From positions 1 through 45,104 of the forward strand of contig CAZPCA010000006.1 of the NCBI GenBank assembly GCA_964584995.1: a stretch of 45,104 bases of DNA, written 5' to 3'. The notes under the pieces were generated by a model. The model did no database searches. It was not told the origin of the DNA and saw only the letters and a program-made list of their open reading frames with translations. The DNA is from an uncultured Bifidobacterium sp. (GTDB taxonomy: Bacteria > Bacteroidota > Bacteroidia > AKYH767-A > OLB10). Shown here piece by piece: positions 9,006 to 15,800 of this stretch; position 1 is the first letter of the stretch, and each line of letters begins with the position of its first letter. The position numbers and the translations under genes are program-made.

Positions 9006-9905
9006 ATGAACCGTACACTTCTTTTTTTTCTCATTCTATTAACCATAGGGCAGCAAAGCCAGAGCCAATCCCGCTGGGGATTATTTGCAGGAGGAGGCAC
9101 CACATGGTATTACGGGGACATGAATGACCGATTGATCACACACGAGAACCTCTTAGGCTATTATTGGAATGCGGGCCTCTTATACAGGGTTTCTCCACGC
9201 TTTCACATCAGTGGCAGGTACGCTGCAGGCAAGGTCGTAGGAGCTGACTCATTGGCGATACAGGATTTCAATAAAAAACGTGATTTGCATTTCCGCAATG
9301 ATATCTGGCAAACGTCGCTTCACCTGGAGTATCGCCTACTTGGTTACAGAAATGGCCGTCCGAGAAAAGTGACTCCTTATCTCATCGGCGGCTTTGCTTA
9401 TTTCCATTATAACCCCGTAGCTATTCTGAACGGAGAAGAGGTGGAATTACAGCCTTTGGGGACCGAGGGACAATACATCGAAGGTGATGGGAATCCTGAA
9501 CCGTATACCTTGTATGACTTTTCGATTCCTGCAGGACTGGGAATAGAATTCAGGCTATCGAATGCTTTCTCGGCTAGGATAGAGGTGATCAATCACTTTT
9601 CCTTCACTGACTATTTTGACGATCTGAGTTCCGATTATGCGGACTCACTGAAACTATCCTCTACACCGAATGGAGCGCTGGCAGTTGCCATGGCCAACAA
9701 CATCGCAAGCGGTTATCCCAGAGAAGGGTTTGGCAGAGGCGACCCTAAGGATAACGATACTTATGTATTTGCCGGAATTTCGCTCATGTGGACACCGGGA
9801 GCGGGCCAGGACGATGGCAACAGAGAAGGTCAAGTCAAAGGCCGCAACAATGGCAGTAGTAGTAGAAAGAAAAAGAAAAAAGCGAATTGTCCGGCATTCG
9901 ACTAG
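9006..9905 (+). CDS. Outer-membrane beta-barrel-like protein (possibly DUF6089-type) with a lysine-rich C-terminal tail
   Basis: Signal peptide (LLFFLILLTIGQQSQS) and alternating aromatic/glycine strand-like segments. The tail is SSSRKKKKKANCPAFD. The family assignment is from memory only. Confidence 0.65.
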   Translation: MNRTLLFFLILLTIGQQSQSQSRWGLFAGGGTTWYYGDMNDRLITHENLLGYYWNAGLLYRVSPRFHISGRYAAGKVVGADSLAIQDFNKKRDLHFRNDIWQTSLHLEYRLLGYRNGRPRKVTPYLIGGFAYFHYNPVAILNGEEVELQPLGTEGQYIEGDGNPEPYTLYDFSIPAGLGIEFRLSNAFSARIEVINHFSFTDYFDDLSSDYADSLKLSSTPNGALAVAMANNIASGYPREGFGRGDPKDNDTYVFAGISLMWTPGAGQDDGNREGQVKGRNNGSSSRKKKKKANCPAFD

Positions 9906-9947
9906 TCCGTTAGCAGTTATCAATTCAGTTTATTATCCGGAAAGGCT

Positions 9948-12900
9948 GTGGAGTTAGCAGAAGTATTGTCCAAAGCACGTCAACAAAATGCGCTTGAGCA
10001 GTTGACGGCCCTTTTACCGAGCTGTAAGAAGTCGGTAATTCACCTGAACGGATTCAGCGGATCCTCCCATGCTTTGTATATTTCTGCTTTCCTGGAAGGC
10101 ATGCCTCAACCCGCGCTTTTCATTTTACCGGACCGGGAGGAAGCAGCCTATTTTCAAAACGACCTGGAGAACATACTGGGCACTGAGAGGGCCCTGCTGT
10201 ATCCCTCATCGTATAAAAAACCTTACCAGCTGGAGCAACCCGATAGCAGCCATGTGCTTCAGAGAGCAGAAGTGCTGACGCGGATCAATAAAAACCCCAC
10301 ACAGTTCATTGTCGTCACCTATCCTGAAGCCGCCCATGAACGGGTCGTGACCAAGAAGACACTTGAAAGAAATACGATGGAAATCCGTATGGGGGAAAAA
10401 TTAGGACTGGATTTTCTGTTTGAGTTCCTGTCTGAGAACTCCTTCGTGCGAAGTGATTTTGTTTACGAACCCGGACAATTCTCTATCCGAGGTGGAATCG
10501 TCGATATCTATTCCTTTGCCAATGATCTCCCCTACCGGATCGAATTGTATGAAGACCGGGTGGAATCCATCCGCAGTTTTGACCCCTCCACGCAACTCAG
10601 CGAAAAAAACCTCGCATTTGTCACCATAATCCCGAATATACAAAGTGGCATGGTCAAAGAGGAGCATGAATCATTTTTCGATTTCTTACCTACGTCCGCC
10701 ACTGTTTATCTCAAAGACGCACCGGTGATCTTTCAAACAATAGAAACTTCGTTGACAAAGCTGACGGAGCTTTATGGAAACACTGTCGCAATCGACGATG
10801 AACAAACTGTGCGCAAAGTGGAAGACCTGTTTGACGATACAGCAGCAGTCAAAGACAAGCTCTCTGCATTCAACCGGATAGAATTCGGCACCAAGCACTA
10901 TTTCGAAAGCCATCATTCCTATACTTTCCATACAAGGCCACAGCCGCACTTCAACAAGAACTTCAACCTCCTCCTGGAAGACCTATATAAAAACCAGCAA
11001 GCGGGTTTTACCAACCTCTTGTTCTCGGAATCCGCCAAGCAAACAGAGCGGATTTATTCCATCTTTGAAGACATACCGCGGCCAGCTGCTTTCAAAGGAA
11101 AAACGCTTCAGTTCCACAGTATACTAACCGCATTGCATCAGGGCTTTTCAGATGAGGATTTGAAAATCACCTGCTACACCGACCATCAGATCTTCGACCG
11201 CTACCACCGTTTCCGGCTCAAGAAAAACTACAGCAAGAGCGAAGCCATCACTTTAAAAGAGCTCTATAGTCTGAAGCCGGGTGATTTCATCACGCATATC
11301 GACCATGGCATCGGCCGTTTTGCAGGTCTTGAGACACTGGATGTGAACGGTAAGCCGCAGGAAGCGATCCGTCTTGTTTACAAAGACAACGACATCTTGT
11401 ATATCAGCATACACTCCCTTCACCGGATTGCCAGGTATACCAGTAAAGACGGGGCCGCTCCGAGTCTGAATAAACTGGGCAGCTCTGCTTGGGCTACGCT
11501 CAAACAAAAAACAAAAAAGAAGGTCAAAGACATCGCCAAAGACCTCATTGCACTTTACGCTAAAAGGCGAGCGCAAAAGGGGGTTGCCTTCAGTAAAGAT
11601 ACTTACCTGCAAACAGAATTGGAAGCCTCCTTCATGTACGAAGACACTCCGGACCAGCTGAAATCCACCCGCGATGTGAAAAAGGACATGGAGAAAGATT
11701 ATCCTATGGACAGGCTGATATGTGGAGATGTGGGATTCGGAAAAACCGAAATTGCCATCCGTGCGGCATTCAAGGCCGTATGCGATGGCAAACAAGTAGC
11801 CATTCTAGTCCCCACCACTATACTCGCCCTGCAACATTTCCGGACTTTCTCGGAGCGCCTGAAAGAGTTTCCCTGTACGGTGGATTACCTCAACAGATTC
11901 AAAAGCACTGCTCAGCAATCAGCCACACTAAAAAAACTGGCAGAAGGCAAAATCGACATCATCATCGGCACCCACCGCATACTAAGCAAAGACATTCAGT
12001 TCAGGGATCTCGGCTTGATGATTATTGACGAGGAACAAAAATTCGGAGTGGCCTCGAAGGAAAAACTCAAATCGATGCGGGTGAACGTTGACACCTTGAC
12101 CCTTACAGCGACTCCTATACCCCGCACCCTGCAATTTTCCCTGATGGGTGCTCGTGACCTTAGCGTAATAAACACCCCTCCGCCCAACAGATATCCCGTT
12201 ACCACAGAAGTACACGTATTCAATGAAAAGTTGATCAAAGAGGCAATAGACTATGAAGTTTCGCGGGGAGGCCAGGTGTTTTTCATTCACAACAGAGTGC
12301 AGGACATACACGAAGTGGCTGGCATGATTCAGAGGCTCTGTCCGGAGGTAAGCATCCTTGTTGGACATGGCCAGATGGACGGTGACAAGCTGGAAGAAGT
12401 ACTTGTCAAATTCATTGAGGGAGATGCAGACGTACTCATTGCTACTACGATAATCGAATCCGGCCTGGACATCAGCAATGCGAATACGATGATCATCAAT
12501 AATGCGCATTATTTCGGGCTAAGCGATCTCCATCAGATGCGGGGGCGGGTAGGACGATCCAACAAAAAAGCCTTCTGTTATCTTTTGGCACCACCGCTAA
12601 GCGTAATCACTCCTGAAGCCAGGCAAAGACTCAAGGCTATTGAGGAACACGCCGAGTTGGGTAGTGGCTTCCATGTGGCTATGCGCGACTTAGATATCCG
12701 TGGCGCAGGCAATCTGTTGGGCGGAGAGCAAAGCGGTTTCATTTCGGAGATAGGCTTTGAAATGTATCACAAGATCCTCGACGAAGCCATCCACGAACTG
12801 AAGGAGAGTGAATTCAGTGATCTGTTTCCGGAGGAGAAAGATGTTTCCTATGTGAGAGATTGCCAGATCGACACCGACATGGAAATGCGTATACCGGACA

Positions 12901-13319
12901 CCTACATCACCAATATTGCGGAAAGGCTAAGCCTCTATAAGGAACTCGACGAGATTTCTACAGAAGAAAAACTGGTCGCTTTCGGTGAACATCTGAGGGA
13001 TCGTTTTGGTCCGATGCCGCACCAGGTAACAGAGCTGATGAATACAATACGTCTCCGCTGGAAAGCAAAACGCCTGGGATTCGAAAAAATCGTTCTGAAA
13101 AACAGAACACTCAAAGCCTATTTCATTTCCAATCAGGAATCGTCCTATTTCCAAAGTGCTCTGTTCAGCAGCATTCTTCGGTTTGTACAGCGGCATTCCG
13201 GCGCCTGCAAGATGAAGGAAGAAAAAGGAAAGCTCAGCATCACTTTTCTAAAAGTTGACGCTATACATGAAGCAGAACGTTTACTGGCCGGCATGATAGA
13301 CGCCGAAGTGCCAGCATAG
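9948..13319 (+). CDS. mfd: Transcription-repair coupling factor
   Basis: 1123 aa with a GTG start. Superfamily-2 helicase motifs GDVGFGKTEIA, DEEQKFG and QMRGRVGR are present, and the overall UvrB-homology/CarD/helicase/TRCF layout fits. Confidence 0.95.
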   Translation: MELAEVLSKARQQNALEQLTALLPSCKKSVIHLNGFSGSSHALYISAFLEGMPQPALFILPDREEAAYFQNDLENILGTERALLYPSSYKKPYQLEQPDSSHVLQRAEVLTRINKNPTQFIVVTYPEAAHERVVTKKTLERNTMEIRMGEKLGLDFLFEFLSENSFVRSDFVYEPGQFSIRGGIVDIYSFANDLPYRIELYEDRVESIRSFDPSTQLSEKNLAFVTIIPNIQSGMVKEEHESFFDFLPTSATVYLKDAPVIFQTIETSLTKLTELYGNTVAIDDEQTVRKVEDLFDDTAAVKDKLSAFNRIEFGTKHYFESHHSYTFHTRPQPHFNKNFNLLLEDLYKNQQAGFTNLLFSESAKQTERIYSIFEDIPRPAAFKGKTLQFHSILTALHQGFSDEDLKITCYTDHQIFDRYHRFRLKKNYSKSEAITLKELYSLKPGDFITHIDHGIGRFAGLETLDVNGKPQEAIRLVYKDNDILYISIHSLHRIARYTSKDGAAPSLNKLGSSAWATLKQKTKKKVKDIAKDLIALYAKRRAQKGVAFSKDTYLQTELEASFMYEDTPDQLKSTRDVKKDMEKDYPMDRLICGDVGFGKTEIAIRAAFKAVCDGKQVAILVPTTILALQHFRTFSERLKEFPCTVDYLNRFKSTAQQSATLKKLAEGKIDIIIGTHRILSKDIQFRDLGLMIIDEEQKFGVASKEKLKSMRVNVDTLTLTATPIPRTLQFSLMGARDLSVINTPPPNRYPVTTEVHVFNEKLIKEAIDYEVSRGGQVFFIHNRVQDIHEVAGMIQRLCPEVSILVGHGQMDGDKLEEVLVKFIEGDADVLIATTIIESGLDISNANTMIINNAHYFGLSDLHQMRGRVGRSNKKAFCYLLAPPLSVITPEARQRLKAIEEHAELGSGFHVAMRDLDIRGAGNLLGGEQSGFISEIGFEMYHKILDEAIHELKESEFSDLFPEEKDVSYVRDCQIDTDMEMRIPDTYITNIAERLSLYKELDEISTEEKLVAFGEHLRDRFGPMPHQVTELMNTIRLRWKAKRLGFEKIVLKNRTLKAYFISNQESSYFQSALFSSILRFVQRHSGACKMKEEKGKLSITFLKVDAIHEAERLLAGMIDAEVPA

Positions 13320-13483
13320 GACCATAGTGACAATCCTATTGCCCCCGAACCTTCCACATGAGGGCAAGACCATTGTCACCAACATACGCCCTTTCACCCC
13401 TTAACCTGCACTTTTTACCAAAAATAAGGCCCTGAAGGGTCGGAAGGGGAAGACCTTTGTCCTGTAACAAACACACAACGCTC

Positions 13484-13576
13484 ATGAAAATCATCTCTAT
13501 CATCATCATCGCACTTGGCATTATCTGCGTCTTCTGGCAGCAATATCTTGAAATCAAGGCCAGGAAAAGCAATTAA
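13484..13576 (+). CDS. Candidate 30-aa hydrophobic mini-protein (MKIISIIIIALGIICVFWQQYLEIKARKSN)
   Basis: ATG...TAA read by hand; it is too short for the ORF track. A near -7 box GACCTTTG at 13452-13459 is followed by CCTGTAA, as at the HK promoter. A weak hairpin plus T-run lies at 13612-13640. There is no homology evidence. Confidence 0.3.
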   Translation: MKIISIIIIALGIICVFWQQYLEIKARKSN

Positions 13577-13651
13577 AACTGAAGTTGGGGCTCTATGCCA
13601 CCCGGCAAGCACCTTCTCCGACAAGGAAGGCCTTTTATTTGAAGGAGCGTG

Positions 13652-13659
13652 TATCTTTG
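13652..13659 (+). promoter_or_regulatory. -7 box candidate (TATCTTTG)
   Basis: Exact TAnnTTTG match only 7 nt upstream of ATG 13667. Confidence 0.35.
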
Positions 13660-13666
13660 CCCGCTC

Positions 13667-14209
13667 ATGAAAAAGCAATCATTTGCAAAAACCATTGGAA
13701 CCGATTGGTTGAAAGTGGTAAAAGTGAAGAAAAGTCAACTTCCGAAGGCCGGCAACGGACTCTTTGTTTTAGCTGAATTCAAGCGAGGTGATATCATTTG
13801 TGAATACGAGGGAGAACTTGTAGACTGGCCAGAATGCGAGCGTAGAGCTCAGCAGGGATTTGAAGGCTATGTTTTTTTCTTTACGAAAAAGCGCTGTGTG
13901 GATGCGTATTTTACTCCCTGGGCTGTCGGCAGATACGCCAACGATGCCCGTGGAATCGGCAGGGTGCCCGGTCTCAGGAATAACGCCCAATACGAAATCA
14001 AGACCAAAGGAGGAGAAAAACGTGTTTACATCGTAGCTACACGAACCATCCGGCCAGGGGAAGAGGTTTTTGTTCATTACGGAGACGACTATTGGAGGTA
14101 TCTGGACAAGACGCGGGAAATTTTCCTGGCGAGAGAGCGGGAAAAGCGCCGCAAGTACGAGCTCAAAAAGAAAAAGACCATGGGGGATTTGACCAGGAAG
14201 GTAAAATAA
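13667..14209 (+). CDS. SET-domain protein (putative protein-lysine methyltransferase) with a basic C-terminal tail
   Basis: GNGLFVLAEFKRGDIICEYEGELV...RYANDA...NAQYEI...ATRTIRPGEEVFVHYGDDYW matches the SET core (GxG, YxG, NH/ND-type motif, ELxxDY-like end). The tail is REREKRRKYELKKKKTMGDLTRKVK. Start taken at the first ATG. Confidence 0.85.
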   Translation: MKKQSFAKTIGTDWLKVVKVKKSQLPKAGNGLFVLAEFKRGDIICEYEGELVDWPECERRAQQGFEGYVFFFTKKRCVDAYFTPWAVGRYANDARGIGRVPGLRNNAQYEIKTKGGEKRVYIVATRTIRPGEEVFVHYGDDYWRYLDKTREIFLAREREKRRKYELKKKKTMGDLTRKVK

Positions 14210-14312
14210 GCCCGGTACATCTTAACAGTTTTTTGTTCAAACTTTACTGCTTCCGTTAACGTTCACTTCACATTTAGGGCTGAGTTTTGCAACAGATACA
14301 AACCTGTTGACC

Positions 14313-14411
14313 ATGACCAGTTTATCCATAGCCATTGTGTGTGTAAGCTTTGCGCTTATCCTGCTGAGCCAAATCATGGACTCTTTCTATCGACGAAAAA
14401 AATCTTCCTGA
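14313..14411 (+). CDS. Candidate 32-aa hydrophobic mini-protein (MTSLSIAIVCVSFALILLSQIMDSFYRRKKSS)
   Basis: Hand-read ATG...TGA. It has the same design as the 13484 mini-ORF: a TM helix followed by a basic tail. GAGTTTTG lies 23 nt upstream. There is no homology evidence. Confidence 0.25.
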   Translation: MTSLSIAIVCVSFALILLSQIMDSFYRRKKSS

Positions 14412-14481
14412 AGTTTCCTCATACGGCGATTAGTTTCGCAAGGTCGAGGTGTCCGTACAGGATAGCCTGGCCACCAACCCT

Positions 14482-14509
14482 ATCCCCCTTTTCGGGGATT
14501 TTCTTTTTT
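14482..14509 (+). terminator. Weak intrinsic-terminator-like hairpin
   Basis: ATCCCC-cttttc-GGGGAT followed by TTTCTTTTTT. Confidence 0.35.
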
Positions 14510-14564
14510 GTGGGCCCGTTTGGCACAGGACTTGGGATTCCGCCTGCATTCCTAACAAAAATCA

Positions 14565-14572
14565 AAGGAGGG
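14565..14572 (+). promoter_or_regulatory. Canonical Shine-Dalgarno (AAGGAGGG) 7 nt before ATG 14580
   Basis: Read directly from the sequence. I saw no comparable SD upstream of the other genes in the window. Confidence 0.4.
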
Positions 14573-14579
14573 TACGATT

Positions 14580-15293
14580 ATGAAAAAGATGATTTCTACC
14601 GGATTGTTAAGCCTTGCTTTCTTTCTGAACAGCATGGCCGACGACAGAACGAGTGATTTGCGGATCCGCTGCTATGACAACCGTACGGTGCTGGTCAGCT
14701 TGAATCACGAACAATACACAGAGCGCGGAAATACCGTTTGGTTCCGTGGCATCTACCCCGGCCGCCATTATCTGCAGGTCTGGGGCTTCCGCCACCACTC
14801 TTTCGGAGTGCATCAGGGTCGCGTTATGTTGTACAGTGGATTCATCGATATTCCATCCAGTATGGAAATAAAGGCCACTATCACCCGAAACGGGTTCTTC
14901 AAAATTGCCCAGATGACTCCACTTCTGACACCCATGGTGGCACCTCCGGCTTGCGTTGCATACCCTGTTGGACCTGCGCATTGCGGAACCCCCTCTTATC
15001 AGGGGTTTGAGGAGACTGAATTCAACGCACTGCTTGCCACACTTGAAAATCAGCATTTCGAAAGCACCAAGCTAACAATTGCCCGGCAAGCCATTCGACA
15101 AAAAGGAGCAATCATGACGCATCAGGTAATTGAAATAATGCGTTTGATGCGTTTCGAAAGCAGCAAACTGGATTTGGCAAAATTCGCCTTCGTGTTCACA
15201 CTTGACAACAACCAATACTACAGGGTGTTCAATGAATTCCAGTTTGACAGCAGTGTCCGCGAACTCAGTGCATTTATGGACCGACCGGTTTAA
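14580..15293 (+). CDS. Secreted DUF4476-like protein
   Basis: Signal peptide MKKMISTGLLSLAFFLNSMA. The C-terminal region F..L...L....FES.KL......I......T..Q...I....F.FES.KL..AKF resembles the DUF4476 repeat as I recall it. Confidence 0.75.
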   Translation: MKKMISTGLLSLAFFLNSMADDRTSDLRIRCYDNRTVLVSLNHEQYTERGNTVWFRGIYPGRHYLQVWGFRHHSFGVHQGRVMLYSGFIDIPSSMEIKATITRNGFFKIAQMTPLLTPMVAPPACVAYPVGPAHCGTPSYQGFEETEFNALLATLENQHFESTKLTIARQAIRQKGAIMTHQVIEIMRLMRFESSKLDLAKFAFVFTLDNNQYYRVFNEFQFDSSVRELSAFMDRPV

Positions 15294-15312
15294 TTTGGAG
15301 AAAACTGTAACC

Positions 15313-15562
15313 TGGCCCCGTAAGGTCACGTTCAACAAGCATCCGGCCCCGTAAGGCCCATGTAATTCCAGCAGACCCCGTAAGGTCTTCTTCAACAAGC
15401 ATCCGGCCCCGTAAGGCCCATGTAATTCCAGCAGACCCCGTAAGGTCTCCTTCAACAAGCATCCGGCCCCGTAAGGTCCATGTAATCCCCACTTACCCCG
15501 TAAGGTAAGATTTCAGACCCCGTAAGGTCTCTTTCAGTAAAATTCCGGCCCCGTAAGGTCGG
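15313..15562 (+). repeat. Tandem hairpin array: three 60-nt units (15313-15492) plus three degenerate units, with 9 copies of CCCCGTAAGG
   Basis: The decamer starts at 15316, 15347, 15376, 15407, 15436, 15467, 15496, 15518 and 15549. Each copy sits in a short inverted repeat. Units 1 vs 2 and 2 vs 3 are each 55/60 identical by hand count. Confidence 0.9.
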
Positions 15563-15613
15563 TGAAACGCACCTCGCAAGGGGCGTTTAATCAGCCAACA
15601 CTTTCGATTTGTA

Positions 15614-15644
15614 CTCCCGGACCCGTAAGTCCGGGAGTTTTTTA
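15614..15644 (+). terminator. Strong intrinsic terminator
   Basis: CTCCCGGAC-ccgtaa-GTCCGGGAG (9-bp stem) followed by TTTTTTATT. The loop is the same as in the upstream array. Confidence 0.85.
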
Positions 15645-15762
15645 TTGTGTAAAGTGCATCTTTCGAGATTGTCGAATTAAGTCATTGAATTGTAAGCTTA
15701 TTAAAACTTGAGCATCTGCTTGCCCGATGAAGAAAAAATATACGTTTTACATAGAGAATACG

Positions 15763-15770
15763 TAATTTTG
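15763..15770 (+). promoter_or_regulatory. -7 box candidate (TAATTTTG)
   Basis: Exact TAnnTTTG match 30 nt upstream of ATG 15801. This argues against the longer ORF start at 15708. Confidence 0.45.
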
Positions 15771-15800
15771 CGCCTTCGAAAGCGAATACCTTTATCGATT

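Noticed and set aside
8636-9127. ORF 8636..9127 (163 aa) bridging gpmI and the next gene
   Set aside because: It is out of frame within the conserved gpmI C-terminus and is Arg/Cys-rich. It is a shadow ORF.
13421-13460. SRP (4.5S) RNA-like GGUC-GGAA-GG segment (aaggccctgaagggtcggaaggggaagacc)
   Set aside because: The resemblance to the SRP domain IV motif is only superficial. The GGUCC/GGAAGCAGC pairing register is not reproduced, and no long closing helix can be drawn.
13336-13678. Minus-strand ORFs 13336..13572 and 13415..13678 in the mfd-SET spacer
   Set aside because: They have no motifs, odd composition (Met/Cys/Asp runs), and mutually overlapping frames. The + strand mini-ORF with promoter-like and terminator-like signals explains the region at least as well.
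14339-14656. ORF 14339..14656 (105 aa) spanning the SET-DUF4476 spacer
   Set aside because: It runs through the hairpin/T-run and the SD, and continues into the DUF4476 start in another frame. It is Pro/Phe-rich with no recognisable features.
15072-15492. Minus-strand ORFs 15072..15458 and 15274..15492 with repeating LRGLLELHGPYGAGCLL-type peptides
   Set aside because: The periodic peptide is a direct translation artefact of the 60-nt DNA repeat. The ORFs overlap the DUF4476 CDS antisense and have no start context.
15313-15562. Possible CRISPR array
   Set aside because: The repeated cores are only ~14-18 nt. The 'spacers' are themselves repeated (two alternating linkers), the period is 30 nt, and no cas genes occur in the window. 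It is a tandem hairpin repeat, not a CRISPR array.
15708-15800. N-terminal extensions offered by the ORF track (korA 15708, gcvP 39273, sdhC 31422, 22795, 43575, 40001, 172, 27569)
   Set aside because: The extensions lack similarity to the conserved family N-termini. They also run through -7 boxes or through the preceding gene. Internal ATGs give canonical N-termini or signal peptides.
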